Below are positions 8,385 through 16,899 of a DNA stretch of 58,312 bases, one piece after another; positions within the stretch are counted from its first letter, which is position 1, and the number at the start of each line of letters is the position of its first letter. The position numbers and the translations under genes are program-made. Source of the DNA: an uncultured Dehalococcoidia bacterium (GTDB taxonomy: Bacteria; Chloroflexota; Dehalococcoidia; Lucifugimonadales; UBA2985); contig CAYUCO010000045.1 of NCBI GenBank assembly GCA_964443385.1, forward strand, positions 1-58,312, written 5' to 3'. Below the pieces are notes generated by a model, which was not told where the DNA came from, searched no databases, and worked only from the letters and a program-made list of their open reading frames with translations.

Positions 8385-11006
8385 TTAACTCTTTCGTGAG
8401 CGCAAGAAAGAAAACACAAGTATAGAACCAATAACTAGAGCCAATCCGAGGGTTATCCATATCATTATGGTGATAGGAGACGTGGGTTCATCTACTGAAA
8501 TTCGATCAGAAGAAACAACTTCTGAGTCTTTAGTTTCCTGGTACTCCTGTTCCTTTTCTTGGGCTATTTCCTCCCTGTTGATCATTTTATTACCAGTGGC
8601 CGTTGAGCCGAATTCCAAATCTATTTTTTGTTCAGATAAAGAGGCAAGTTCATCAGAATATGCTCCTACATGCAAGTGGTATATAAGATTCTTATCACTT
8701 ATGTCTTCTTTCGATATCATGACTTCGAAGGTTTCTTTATCCAAGCGATTTGCTTGGCCCGCGTCCATGATTTTTCCAGATGACGGTTCTTGAAGCACAT
8801 ATTTCATATTTAATTCCCCGGGTCCAGTCACGGTAATGGAAACTGAAGTATCCTTGCCTGTCTCCAACTCGGAACCTATGACTTCAACGATTTCTATACT
8901 CTCAGATTTTCCATAATATAGGTCTCCTGGCTTAAATGGATAGTTAGGATCCCTAAAGGCTTTGAGTTGGGCATATTGCGCTGTGCTGTCAAATTTTTCT
9001 AATGAATAAGGACCGTTACTTATAACCAAATGTCCTTTTTCTTTAAACCAATTGATTGAAGCACTGTAACGATTTTGACTCCCTGTATTTTCCTTTGGTG
9101 AATATCCTGGAATATCGAAATATGTAGTAGGTGAAAAATCCCTTTCTTTGAAATCACGTAAAGTGTTCCGAGTTAGTCTAGAGAATTTGTCCAGTACAAG
9201 GCTGATTGGATCTAGGTTGAAACGAGAAGCAGCTGTATCACTGTATGTGGCGGTTCGCTTTTCAAATACCATGGTGTCCATAGCAGCCAATACTTCCCAA
9301 GGCATAGTGATCCCAGATATATTGGCGTATTGTGCTATATAGTCATCGGAAAAATGCCAAAAATCTACATAAACCTCTAGTTTGTTATCCGGTGTTATTC
9401 TAAACCCTCGGAATGTATCGGTGAATGGTTTACTAGTGGTTCCTATAGAAAATTCAATTTTGTTTTTACTGTCGTTGTATACCATGTCAAAAAGTTGGGC
9501 CATTGGGTACAACACGTCGTACATGTTGATACTTTGACCGTGATGCCATTGAGACTTAAAATATTTCGAGTAATCGAACGTCACCTTGCTTGTAGCCATA
9601 GTCCCTGTCGTTACAGGAGCCCATAGATTGTTTGTGGTATCCCATGAGAAAGCATCAGCAGGTAGGCTTAAATAATTATCTGGACCTGCGGTTTCCACCT
9701 TATAGTTCGCTCTGAAAGGTATCGGCTTCCCATTAAATGGATGAGTTGTTATAGCGGTGTCTCTTACATTGTTCCATATATCGTTACTATATACGTCTCC
9801 GAATCCGCCAACAGGATTCCATGTAGTCCGGTTGGTCCAAACCCATAAATTGCCTACATTTAGCTCTTTTGGATTGGCGGGGTTATATGCTTCCCTCAAC
9901 GTCCAGATTCCTTTAGGACCAGTTACAATGTCTTCTGTTATTCCTTCTATATTCGATTTAGCCGGTATATTGTTCACAGATGTCACTACCCAAAGCCTTA
10001 CTGATTCATCCAGGCATGCTTTAGTTATATCAATATATAACTGATTGCGCTCAGATTCACTCTTGAATCCTCCAGTGAATATCTTCTGTCCCAATTCATC
10101 TAGTATAGGCGATTCATATTGCCAGAATCCGACTTCTTGCCACCCAGGCATATTTCCAAGCCATGGTGAACACATTTGGTTTATATTGCTATAGTCGTAT
10201 CTCTGTGGGCCACCCTTGCCCCATCCTTCAGTGTATAAGTGCCATTCAAATAATTGAGGATCAGTACCGTATACAGTGTAAATGGCAGGTCCGAATTGTT
10301 GGGGTATTATATTTACGGAGAAGCCCAGAGAAGATAGGTTGGTTCTTATTTCATTGCCTATATCCCATCTTTCGTCTTCAGTTCTAACTATGAATTTCAG
10401 GTCTATTCGTTTTCCGTTGTAGTGCCAGAAACTATCTTTTAATTCTGCTCCGGCTTCTTTCATGGCCTTACTAATTGTTTCCATGGCGAAATCTGGATCG
10501 TATGTTATTCGTGATTCTTTCAATAACTCAAACACGGTCAGATAATCAAAGTCTGAGGTGCTGACGTGGCTTATCATTGGAGATGCAAAACCTTTGTATA
10601 TTTCTCTAGATATATAGTTTCTATTCACAATATATTGCATAGCATGCCGAACTTCTTTGATCGACAATGGGTTCAGACTGCCGTCTGGAGATGGGGCAGG
10701 ATTTAGTACTATAGAGACGGTTGAAGCAGGAGCCTTATATACATCTATATCAGTTCTATTTTTGAGGGATTGTGCTGCTGGTGTTTTCAGGCTGTATATG
10801 TACATGTCCATTTTACCTGATTCCAGCTCTTTAGAGGCTATTCCAACGTCGTATGCACTAAAGTTTATGATGTCTGTGGCTGGGCCTGGTTGGTTGTGAG
10901 GACCAGAGTATTTCAGTTGGCTTTCGTTAGTCGCACCTATTACCAACATTGATATTATCAGTAAAGACAAAATTTTTATTGATAATTTTTTCATTATAAT
11001 TTTCAT
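8385..11006 (-). CDS. Family-5 (Opp/Dpp/Nik-type) extracellular solute-binding protein, oversized, with C-terminal TM anchor
   Basis: 873 aa. N-terminal signal-like helix (KILSLLIISMLVIGATN) with no lipobox Cys. Position and size match an SBP_bac_5-like core. An extra C-terminal beta-rich region is followed by an acidic linker and the terminal helix ITIMIWITLGLALVIGSILVFSFLRSRKS. Confidence 0.75.
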   Translation of the reverse strand: MKIIMKKLSIKILSLLIISMLVIGATNESQLKYSGPHNQPGPATDIINFSAYDVGIASKELESGKMDMYIYSLKTPAAQSLKNRTDIDVYKAPASTVSIVLNPAPSPDGSLNPLSIKEVRHAMQYIVNRNYISREIYKGFASPMISHVSTSDFDYLTVFELLKESRITYDPDFAMETISKAMKEAGAELKDSFWHYNGKRIDLKFIVRTEDERWDIGNEIRTNLSSLGFSVNIIPQQFGPAIYTVYGTDPQLFEWHLYTEGWGKGGPQRYDYSNINQMCSPWLGNMPGWQEVGFWQYESPILDELGQKIFTGGFKSESERNQLYIDITKACLDESVRLWVVTSVNNIPAKSNIEGITEDIVTGPKGIWTLREAYNPANPKELNVGNLWVWTNRTTWNPVGGFGDVYSNDIWNNVRDTAITTHPFNGKPIPFRANYKVETAGPDNYLSLPADAFSWDTTNNLWAPVTTGTMATSKVTFDYSKYFKSQWHHGQSINMYDVLYPMAQLFDMVYNDSKNKIEFSIGTTSKPFTDTFRGFRITPDNKLEVYVDFWHFSDDYIAQYANISGITMPWEVLAAMDTMVFEKRTATYSDTAASRFNLDPISLVLDKFSRLTRNTLRDFKERDFSPTTYFDIPGYSPKENTGSQNRYSASINWFKEKGHLVISNGPYSLEKFDSTAQYAQLKAFRDPNYPFKPGDLYYGKSESIEIVEVIGSELETGKDTSVSITVTGPGELNMKYVLQEPSSGKIMDAGQANRLDKETFEVMISKEDISDKNLIYHLHVGAYSDELASLSEQKIDLEFGSTATGNKMINREEIAQEKEQEYQETKDSEVVSSDRISVDEPTSPITIMIWITLGLALVIGSILVFSFLRSRKS

Positions 11007-11019
11007 GTTGAGTACATCT

Positions 11020-13293
11020 TTAGTGGGACTGGGTTTTAATTGTTTTGAATAACACTAATATAGCGATAACAATGAATATTATTAAGGTCAAGATGGTTAT
11101 GAGAAGTAGTAATTCTGTACTGGTGCTACTTCCTCCTAGTTTATCAATTGATTCAAGGCTTTCTTGAATAGATAATAAATCAGGTTCTAAACTCGAATTT
11201 GTTTTTTCTGCAGAAACACTATCCCGTAAAGAGTTGACGCCTTCAGTTATTTGGTTAATGGATCCTTGTATATTGTCAAAACCGAAATCCATATAGAATG
11301 AGCTAGTAGCAATATTGCCGGAGGCATCAATTGCCCTGAAATCATGAGCACCTTCTCCAGAAATCGGTATAAATAGCCTAGCAGTAAATCTTCCGTCGTC
11401 ATCGCTTCTTACGGTACTTACAACCGCTCCGCTGATTTCGAGATATACATCTTGATCCGGTTGGAAGTTGTCACCTTGAATAGTGATATCTTTACCCCCT
11501 GGTCCAGATGGAGGCGAAAGGAAAACCGAAGGTAATGGCATTAGTCCCTTGCGAGCGAAGCCAATTTTTTGGTTTTGAGTACCGAATTCCCCTAACCTTG
11601 CATCGGGCCAAGCCATATAGACCTCGTCATTTGTGGCTTTAATTGTGAAGTAATCCCCTATAAAAACCCCGCCAGGGAAGGCGTAGTTTGGATTGGATGG
11701 GAAATCGGTTACACGAGAATTTTCTATCCAAGTATTTCCTCCGTCAGAGGAGCTAGAGTAATATATATGGTATTTTGCCTCAGATGGATCGTCCCGCATG
11801 TCTCCCCACATAGCGTGCACTGTGCCATCTGGGCTTGTGGTTAGGGAAGGGAAAAATTGAAGGCGGTTTGTATTATCGTCGTTGAGGGTTTTTTTGACCC
11901 AATTGTTGCCACCATCCTTGGATGATATAAAGTATATATTTCCGTCATCTGATTTGCTACTTGGTGATCGTCCAGTATATACAATATATACTTCCCCGTC
12001 AGGACCTGCTGCTATCTGCGGAAAGGAAGAAGCCCAGTATCTAAACGATGTGTTTCTCGGGCTGTAACCTATTTCATTAAAGTCCGAAGCTTTGTTTACA
12101 TCGAATGTTCTACCGTTGTCACTAGAGGTTGCCAAGTATATCTCGGCCATACCTTCGAACGAATCGTCGTCTGTGCTATCCATCCAAGTAATGTAAAGGG
12201 TTCCGTCTGGGGCGACTGCAGGTTGTGACCCTTGTACTACTCTTTTCGGAACATCCTCGCCCATTGTGCTTGATACGGTTTCACTGACTTTTATCGGTTC
12301 ACTCCAAGTGATACCTCCATCTTCAGATCTAACAATTTCTATCGTCGTCTCAGTTACTGGTACCAAGGAAAAGGCTTGAACGTCGAACAAGAACACAATG
12401 GGAAGTCTAGTGAGGAATTTAGTATAAGTCACGTAAATAATGTCTTTGGATGGGTCATCTTTATTTGGTCCGACCGTAACCCATGGTTTGTCTAAAAAGG
12501 GTAGTATTAATTCATACTGTACTCTGCCTTGTGAATCTGGTTCAGATTGCTTAGTATCTACGTGGCTGGCGGCGGATGCGATGGGCTCTGACCATGTAAT
12601 GCCACCATCCTCTGATTTAGATATAGGTATAGAGGATACACCTGCGGATCCAGAAGCACTATTTATAGTGAATTCTTCAACATTTGTTGATATGGATGCT
12701 GCATAAGCCGTACCGTTTCTGTCAAAAGTTATTACTGGATCACCCGCTCCACCTAAGTCGTCCATCGGGTATTTTACTTGGTAAGGTCCGTGCCATGTGG
12801 ACCCACCATCTATCGTGTTATATGTGGTTATGCCGGGGAAGGCGTAATCTATAACTCCTAGGATTATTTGTTCTGGGTCCTTTGGATTAACTGCAAGACT
12901 TGGTTCGGTTTGATAGGGATAACGACTGAAATCTCTTGTTACTAGGATATTCCTACTGAATTTTGGGGACGGGCTGCTGTAAGGAACCAATGGTCCTTGT
13001 CCTGCCCCAGCTGGTTGAGCTGATATTCCCCTGACTTCAGCGTCCTTTGGTGGGAATTGGTTCCCGAGTGCATCGCCTTTGGCATCGGATATTCTAGGGT
13101 CAAGTCCTTCTGTAATGAGCCATGCTGAGCTAGATAGGTTTTTACTAAAATAGTCTAAAGACGAAGATTCCAAAGGGCGGTGTGATGAAAAGAAAGGGGC
13201 TTCTGGCTCCATTCCTAGCACCTGTAATGGAATAGTGAACGTAAATACGATGAAGATAATTATGATTGATATAAAACTTGGGATTCTCTTCAT
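11020..13293 (-). CDS. BNR/Asp-box beta-propeller surface protein with Ig-like (IPT/TIG-like) domain and C-terminal TM anchor
   Basis: 757 aa with a signal-like N-terminus. Six Asp-boxes: TIDGGSTW, SEDGGITW twice, SSDNGRTF, SKDGGNNW, SSDGGNTW. IPT-like segment PPSGPGGKDITIQGDNFQPDQDVYLEISG. Terminal helix LLLLITILTLIIFIVIAILVLFK. No FRIP/RIP sialidase motif seen. Confidence 0.7.
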   Translation of the reverse strand: MKRIPSFISIIIIFIVFTFTIPLQVLGMEPEAPFFSSHRPLESSSLDYFSKNLSSSAWLITEGLDPRISDAKGDALGNQFPPKDAEVRGISAQPAGAGQGPLVPYSSPSPKFSRNILVTRDFSRYPYQTEPSLAVNPKDPEQIILGVIDYAFPGITTYNTIDGGSTWHGPYQVKYPMDDLGGAGDPVITFDRNGTAYAASISTNVEEFTINSASGSAGVSSIPISKSEDGGITWSEPIASAASHVDTKQSEPDSQGRVQYELILPFLDKPWVTVGPNKDDPSKDIIYVTYTKFLTRLPIVFLFDVQAFSLVPVTETTIEIVRSEDGGITWSEPIKVSETVSSTMGEDVPKRVVQGSQPAVAPDGTLYITWMDSTDDDSFEGMAEIYLATSSDNGRTFDVNKASDFNEIGYSPRNTSFRYWASSFPQIAAGPDGEVYIVYTGRSPSSKSDDGNIYFISSKDGGNNWVKKTLNDDNTNRLQFFPSLTTSPDGTVHAMWGDMRDDPSEAKYHIYYSSSSDGGNTWIENSRVTDFPSNPNYAFPGGVFIGDYFTIKATNDEVYMAWPDARLGEFGTQNQKIGFARKGLMPLPSVFLSPPSGPGGKDITIQGDNFQPDQDVYLEISGAVVSTVRSDDDGRFTARLFIPISGEGAHDFRAIDASGNIATSSFYMDFGFDNIQGSINQITEGVNSLRDSVSAEKTNSSLEPDLLSIQESLESIDKLGGSSTSTELLLLITILTLIIFIVIAILVLFKTIKTQSH

Positions 13294-13338
13294 GTTTTCG
13301 TCCTCTTTCTTTGTTCCTCTAGTAAGTTAAGGGCATAT

Positions 13339-14100
13339 TTAGTCGTACATGAGTACGATTGATTCAAGTTTGGTAATGACCGATTGTAGAGCATCTTTAG
13401 TGAAAGCCACCGTAGCTTCTTCATAAGCTATAGCCCCAGATGACCTGTAATCGGACTGCCACTGAAGGAATGCTTGAGCACTGGATTGATTGCCCGGATT
13501 ATCGTCACTCCAGTCATAATAATTGTCTATTTTCAAAATTACACGATCGACTGATGAACTCAGAGAAGGATCTGCTTTGGTAGCTATATTCTTCATATTG
13601 TACCAATAACCTGCAGTTCCTTCTCTGGTTTCAGGTAGAGACTTTCTGAGTTCCACTAACATAACTCTGTGTTGCTCCAATGTGACGGGAAGATCTCTAA
13701 ATTGTGACGCATTAGAATTATCCGAAATGTCTCTTGAAACTTGTGTCTTTAATGATTGTAATTCCATTTGTAAATTATCTATCTTTAATTGATAATTGTC
13801 TGACAAGGCTTGATTGTCTATGGAATCTTTATTTACCCGATCTGAGATTTGGGTGAGTTGTTTGGATAGCTCAGCGTTTTCCGCCCTTAGATCTTGTATA
13901 ACCGTATTCGAATCTTGATTAGGCATTGAAGTTTGAGTGACGGAAGTTTGATCTTGGTTAGTATAGTTACTAGCTATTAACATACCCATGGCCGACCCTA
14001 ATAGGGCAACAAAGATGGTGAACCCTATCTTCATTAATACGTTTTGGTATTGGATAGGTGCTTTTTGCACGTTACTGTTCAGCATGTCTCTGTTCAACAT
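13339..14100 (-). CDS. Hypothetical membrane-anchored coiled-coil protein (first gene of the operon)
   Basis: 253 aa. One TM helix (MKIGFTIFVALLGSAMGMLIASNY), a heptad-like region (LRAENAELSKQLTQI...LQMELQSLKTQV) and an unassigned C-terminal domain. No SD is seen before either candidate ATG. Confidence 0.5.
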   Translation of the reverse strand: MLNRDMLNSNVQKAPIQYQNVLMKIGFTIFVALLGSAMGMLIASNYTNQDQTSVTQTSMPNQDSNTVIQDLRAENAELSKQLTQISDRVNKDSIDNQALSDNYQLKIDNLQMELQSLKTQVSRDISDNSNASQFRDLPVTLEQHRVMLVELRKSLPETREGTAGYWYNMKNIATKADPSLSSSVDRVILKIDNYYDWSDDNPGNQSSAQAFLQWQSDYRSSGAIAYEEATVAFTKDALQSVITKLESIVLMYD

Positions 14101-14242
14101 TTTTGTATATCTGTCACTGATAATAACTTCTTGACTTAGAATGGGATATAGTTTAGTAGTTATATTGTTTCTGGTCTATAGTGAAATCGGTTTAATTTTT
14201 TGAAATATTGACTAGATACTAATGGTCATTTAGGAGTTAAAA

Positions 14243-14422
14243 TTGACAAACCATAGCTTGATATTGAAAATACTTGCCGGACTTTATGAAATAATAGCTT
14301 GTGGGGATTGCGACACTCGCCTGAGATATGGTGACTATGAGTGTCCTCACTGTGGAAAAGATGTAGAGGAAGAGTTACAGATATGGGCTATAAAATTATT
14401 GGAGAACTTGAATATTAAATAG
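14243..14422 (+). CDS. Small zinc-ribbon protein (59 aa, below the ORF-track threshold)
   Basis: TTG start 6 nt after AGGAG (14232-14236). My translation is LTNHSLILKILAGLYEIIACGDCDTRLRYGDYECPHCGKDVEEELQIWAIKLLENLNIK. It carries two CxxC pairs. Confidence 0.5.
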   Translation: MTNHSLILKILAGLYEIIACGDCDTRLRYGDYECPHCGKDVEEELQIWAIKLLENLNIK

Positions 14423-14526
14423 AACATTACACTTATGGAATTATATTCCTAGAAACTTAATGATATTATATTAATGTTTTCTACATGTAATCGAGGGTTA
14501 AACCCCTGATATGATTGGAGGCCTTC

Positions 14527-14754
14527 ATGCCTGGAGAGCTTATAGAGATTAATCAAAGTTGCTCACAGTGTGGGATTATCGTCGGCACTGTATCGGAAAA
14601 AAAAGAGAACATGATGCTGTCCACACAAGACGAACTATGGTGTAATAATTGTGGCCAAGACGTTTTAACAAAAAGAGATGTTGTGGGCCGAGTGGATTCG
14701 ATAAACGCAGAGGTGGAAAGCTACCCTACTTCTGTATTGCCGTTAAATGAGTGA
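14527..14754 (+). CDS. Small zinc-ribbon protein (75 aa)
   Basis: Track ORF 14515..14754. GGAGG at 14517-14521 is 5 nt before ATG 14527. CSQCG...CNNCGQDV gives two CxxC pairs. Confidence 0.6.
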   Translation: MPGELIEINQSCSQCGIIVGTVSEKKENMMLSTQDELWCNNCGQDVLTKRDVVGRVDSINAEVESYPTSVLPLNE

Positions 14755-14779
14755 CAGGCCAGCGTTTTTAAATGGTGCA

Positions 14780-15925
14780 CTACTTGTTGCCCAGGTTTTC
14801 CAATACCGCTGACAGTTTTTCAACTTCCTCTTCTGTATTGAAGTAGTGGGTGCTGAATCTGACACCATCTGGACCTTGAACCGTTCTTGCTACTACAGCG
14901 AATTCATTTTGTAAAACTTCAACCAATTTGTCTGGTGCCAAATTGTTCAATCCAATAGTCACAAGCCCGCACGCAGATTCCGGTGAGTCTGTGCTTAGCA
15001 GATTAACTCCATTAGATGTTGAGGCATTTCTTCGGAGCAAGTTGGCCAGATTCAATGTTCTCTTTTGTATGGTTGATATTCCTATGGAATCCGTGAGTTT
15101 TAAACTTTCAGCGAATCCAGCTATCAAAGCTGGGTTATTGGAAGTCATAGCTAACCTGGATAACGGAAGGTCAGGGTAGTTTCTAGAGTAAATTTTATTG
15201 GAACTAAATATTGGTTCTATGGTTTGCTTATGATCTTTCCTTACATAAAGAACTCCAGTAGCCACAGGTCCCATAAGCCATTTTTGGCCTGGTGCCGCAT
15301 AGTAATCACAATCTAAATCATTCATATCTAGCTTAATTTGTCCTAATGTTTGTGCTCCATCTACAAGGACTGGCACATTCATTTTGTGTGATTCTTCAGC
15401 TATCTCTTTAATAGGCATCACCAATCCACATGTGTACTGTATGTGACTTAGTGCAATTAGTTTAGTCTTGCTGGTAATAGCAGATTTCACTTTTTGCACA
15501 ATTTCTGATGGTGTGTCTGTAGCACCTATTGCTACGGAGTTCACGGTTACTCCGTATCGTTCATTTAGGACTGAGGCAGGGGTGGTCAGTGCAGGGTGCT
15601 CTAGGTCGCAGATAAGTATTTCATCACTGTTTTGCCAGTTCATACCGAAAATAATGGCATTTAATCCTTCACGTGTGCTGTGAGTAAGAGTGATTTCGTC
15701 GGTCGACGCATTTAATTGTTTCGCCACTAAAGATATGGCTTCATCTCTGATGTTCCGTGCTACGTCAAGCCAATTATTGCTTGTAGGGCCTAGGCGCGCC
15801 TCCTCCTCCAGAGTTTCTGCAATGCGTTTGAGCACCGTTTCCGGTGTGGGACCGGCCCAACCAGTGTTCATATATATCGTGTTATTTGTTACAGGTAAAA
15901 TATCTCTAAGTTGTTGTACATTCAT
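14780..15925 (-). CDS. Class V aminotransferase-fold PLP enzyme (cysteine desulfurase / isopenicillin-N epimerase-like)
   Basis: 381 aa. The PLP-lysine region APGQKWLMGPVATGVLYV and overall length are typical of the class V fold. Confidence 0.75.
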   Translation of the reverse strand: MNVQQLRDILPVTNNTIYMNTGWAGPTPETVLKRIAETLEEEARLGPTSNNWLDVARNIRDEAISLVAKQLNASTDEITLTHSTREGLNAIIFGMNWQNSDEILICDLEHPALTTPASVLNERYGVTVNSVAIGATDTPSEIVQKVKSAITSKTKLIALSHIQYTCGLVMPIKEIAEESHKMNVPVLVDGAQTLGQIKLDMNDLDCDYYAAPGQKWLMGPVATGVLYVRKDHKQTIEPIFSSNKIYSRNYPDLPLSRLAMTSNNPALIAGFAESLKLTDSIGISTIQKRTLNLANLLRRNASTSNGVNLLSTDSPESACGLVTIGLNNLAPDKLVEVLQNEFAVVARTVQGPDGVRFSTHYFNTEEEVEKLSAVLENLGNK

Positions 15926-16057
15926 AATTTATTCATTGTTCCATTGTTGTTATTATTCTCTAAACATATACTTAGCCATGAGATTCTATCAGGGAGTTTT
16001 GCTGAAAACAACCATAATTAACTATGTGTATAAAAATGTTAATTTCAAAAGCTCAAA

Positions 16058-16663
16058 ATGATTAAACTTGAGTATTTTAAATTGTTTCGTCTCACCGCTA
16101 TATGTTTCGTTATAGTGGTTTCTTTCAGTTGTAATAGTGACGCGACAATTCAGGAAGTTAATAAACAAGACATAGTCGAAAATATCGAAACGGTTGAGCA
16201 TCAACCTGGCAATCGAACTTTGCAACAACCGACTGCGGAACATATATCGCAGGATGACAAGTTCCTGCCCCCGTATGAAATTGATAATATGGCTGCCGTT
16301 AAATCAGCTATATTGAACGTTTCATATTTCAACCTAGAGTTAGCTGTTACGCCTGAGGAGAGATCAAAAGGCCTAAAGGGGTGGCGAACTATTGACGAGA
16401 ATCAGGCTATGCTGTTTGTGTATGGAAAAGACGTTGAGCCAATATTCTGGATGAAAAACACTTCTATGCCATTGGATCTAATTTTTATAGATTCAAAAGG
16501 GAAGATTGAATCTATCCACCCGATGGAAACCCAGATTGGTATAGAAGACAGGGAACTAGAAACATATACCCCTGGTAAACCCATAAGATATGCAATAGAA
16601 ATCAAGGGCGGATTGGCTGAAGAAATTGGGATTACTATAGGATCTATAATCCTTTTTAAATAG
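16058..16663 (+). CDS. DUF192 (COG1430) domain protein, exported
   Basis: 201 aa. N-terminal hydrophobic signal ending in ...VVSFSC. DUF192-like core LELAVTPEERSKGLKG...AMLFVY...FWMKNTSMPLDLIFID. Confidence 0.7.
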   Translation: MIKLEYFKLFRLTAICFVIVVSFSCNSDATIQEVNKQDIVENIETVEHQPGNRTLQQPTAEHISQDDKFLPPYEIDNMAAVKSAILNVSYFNLELAVTPEERSKGLKGWRTIDENQAMLFVYGKDVEPIFWMKNTSMPLDLIFIDSKGKIESIHPMETQIGIEDRELETYTPGKPIRYAIEIKGGLAEEIGITIGSIILFK

Positions 16664-16697
16664 GCAACTGTTTTAAACCATATTCACACTTATTCCA

Positions 16698-16727
16698 TTG
16701 ACATATTTCGAATCTCGGTGCTATATT
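16698..16727 (+). promoter_or_regulatory. Candidate sigma-70-type promoter upstream of the CoA-transferase pair
   Basis: TTGACA (16698-16703), 18-nt spacer, TATATT (16722-16727). This implies a leader of about 165 nt before ATG 16900. Confidence 0.4.
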
Positions 16728-16899
16728 CCAAGCAGTGTTTTGGTATCTGTCGAGAGAATATTGTGGCTTTAGTTGGTGACCGATGACTGCTATTTAACTG
16801 GTCTTAATTACTGCAGGTAATATTCAGAACATAGTGTGACTGTATTCCCTTTTTGGAATTGTGCAGTGAAATATATTGAAAATATTCATGGAGGTATTC

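Noticed and set aside
15690-16243. ORFs 15690..16061 (+) and 16022..16243 (-) around the divergent intergenic region
   Set aside because: The first is antisense to the class V aminotransferase 5' end. The second is antisense to the DUF192 gene start. Neither has an SD.
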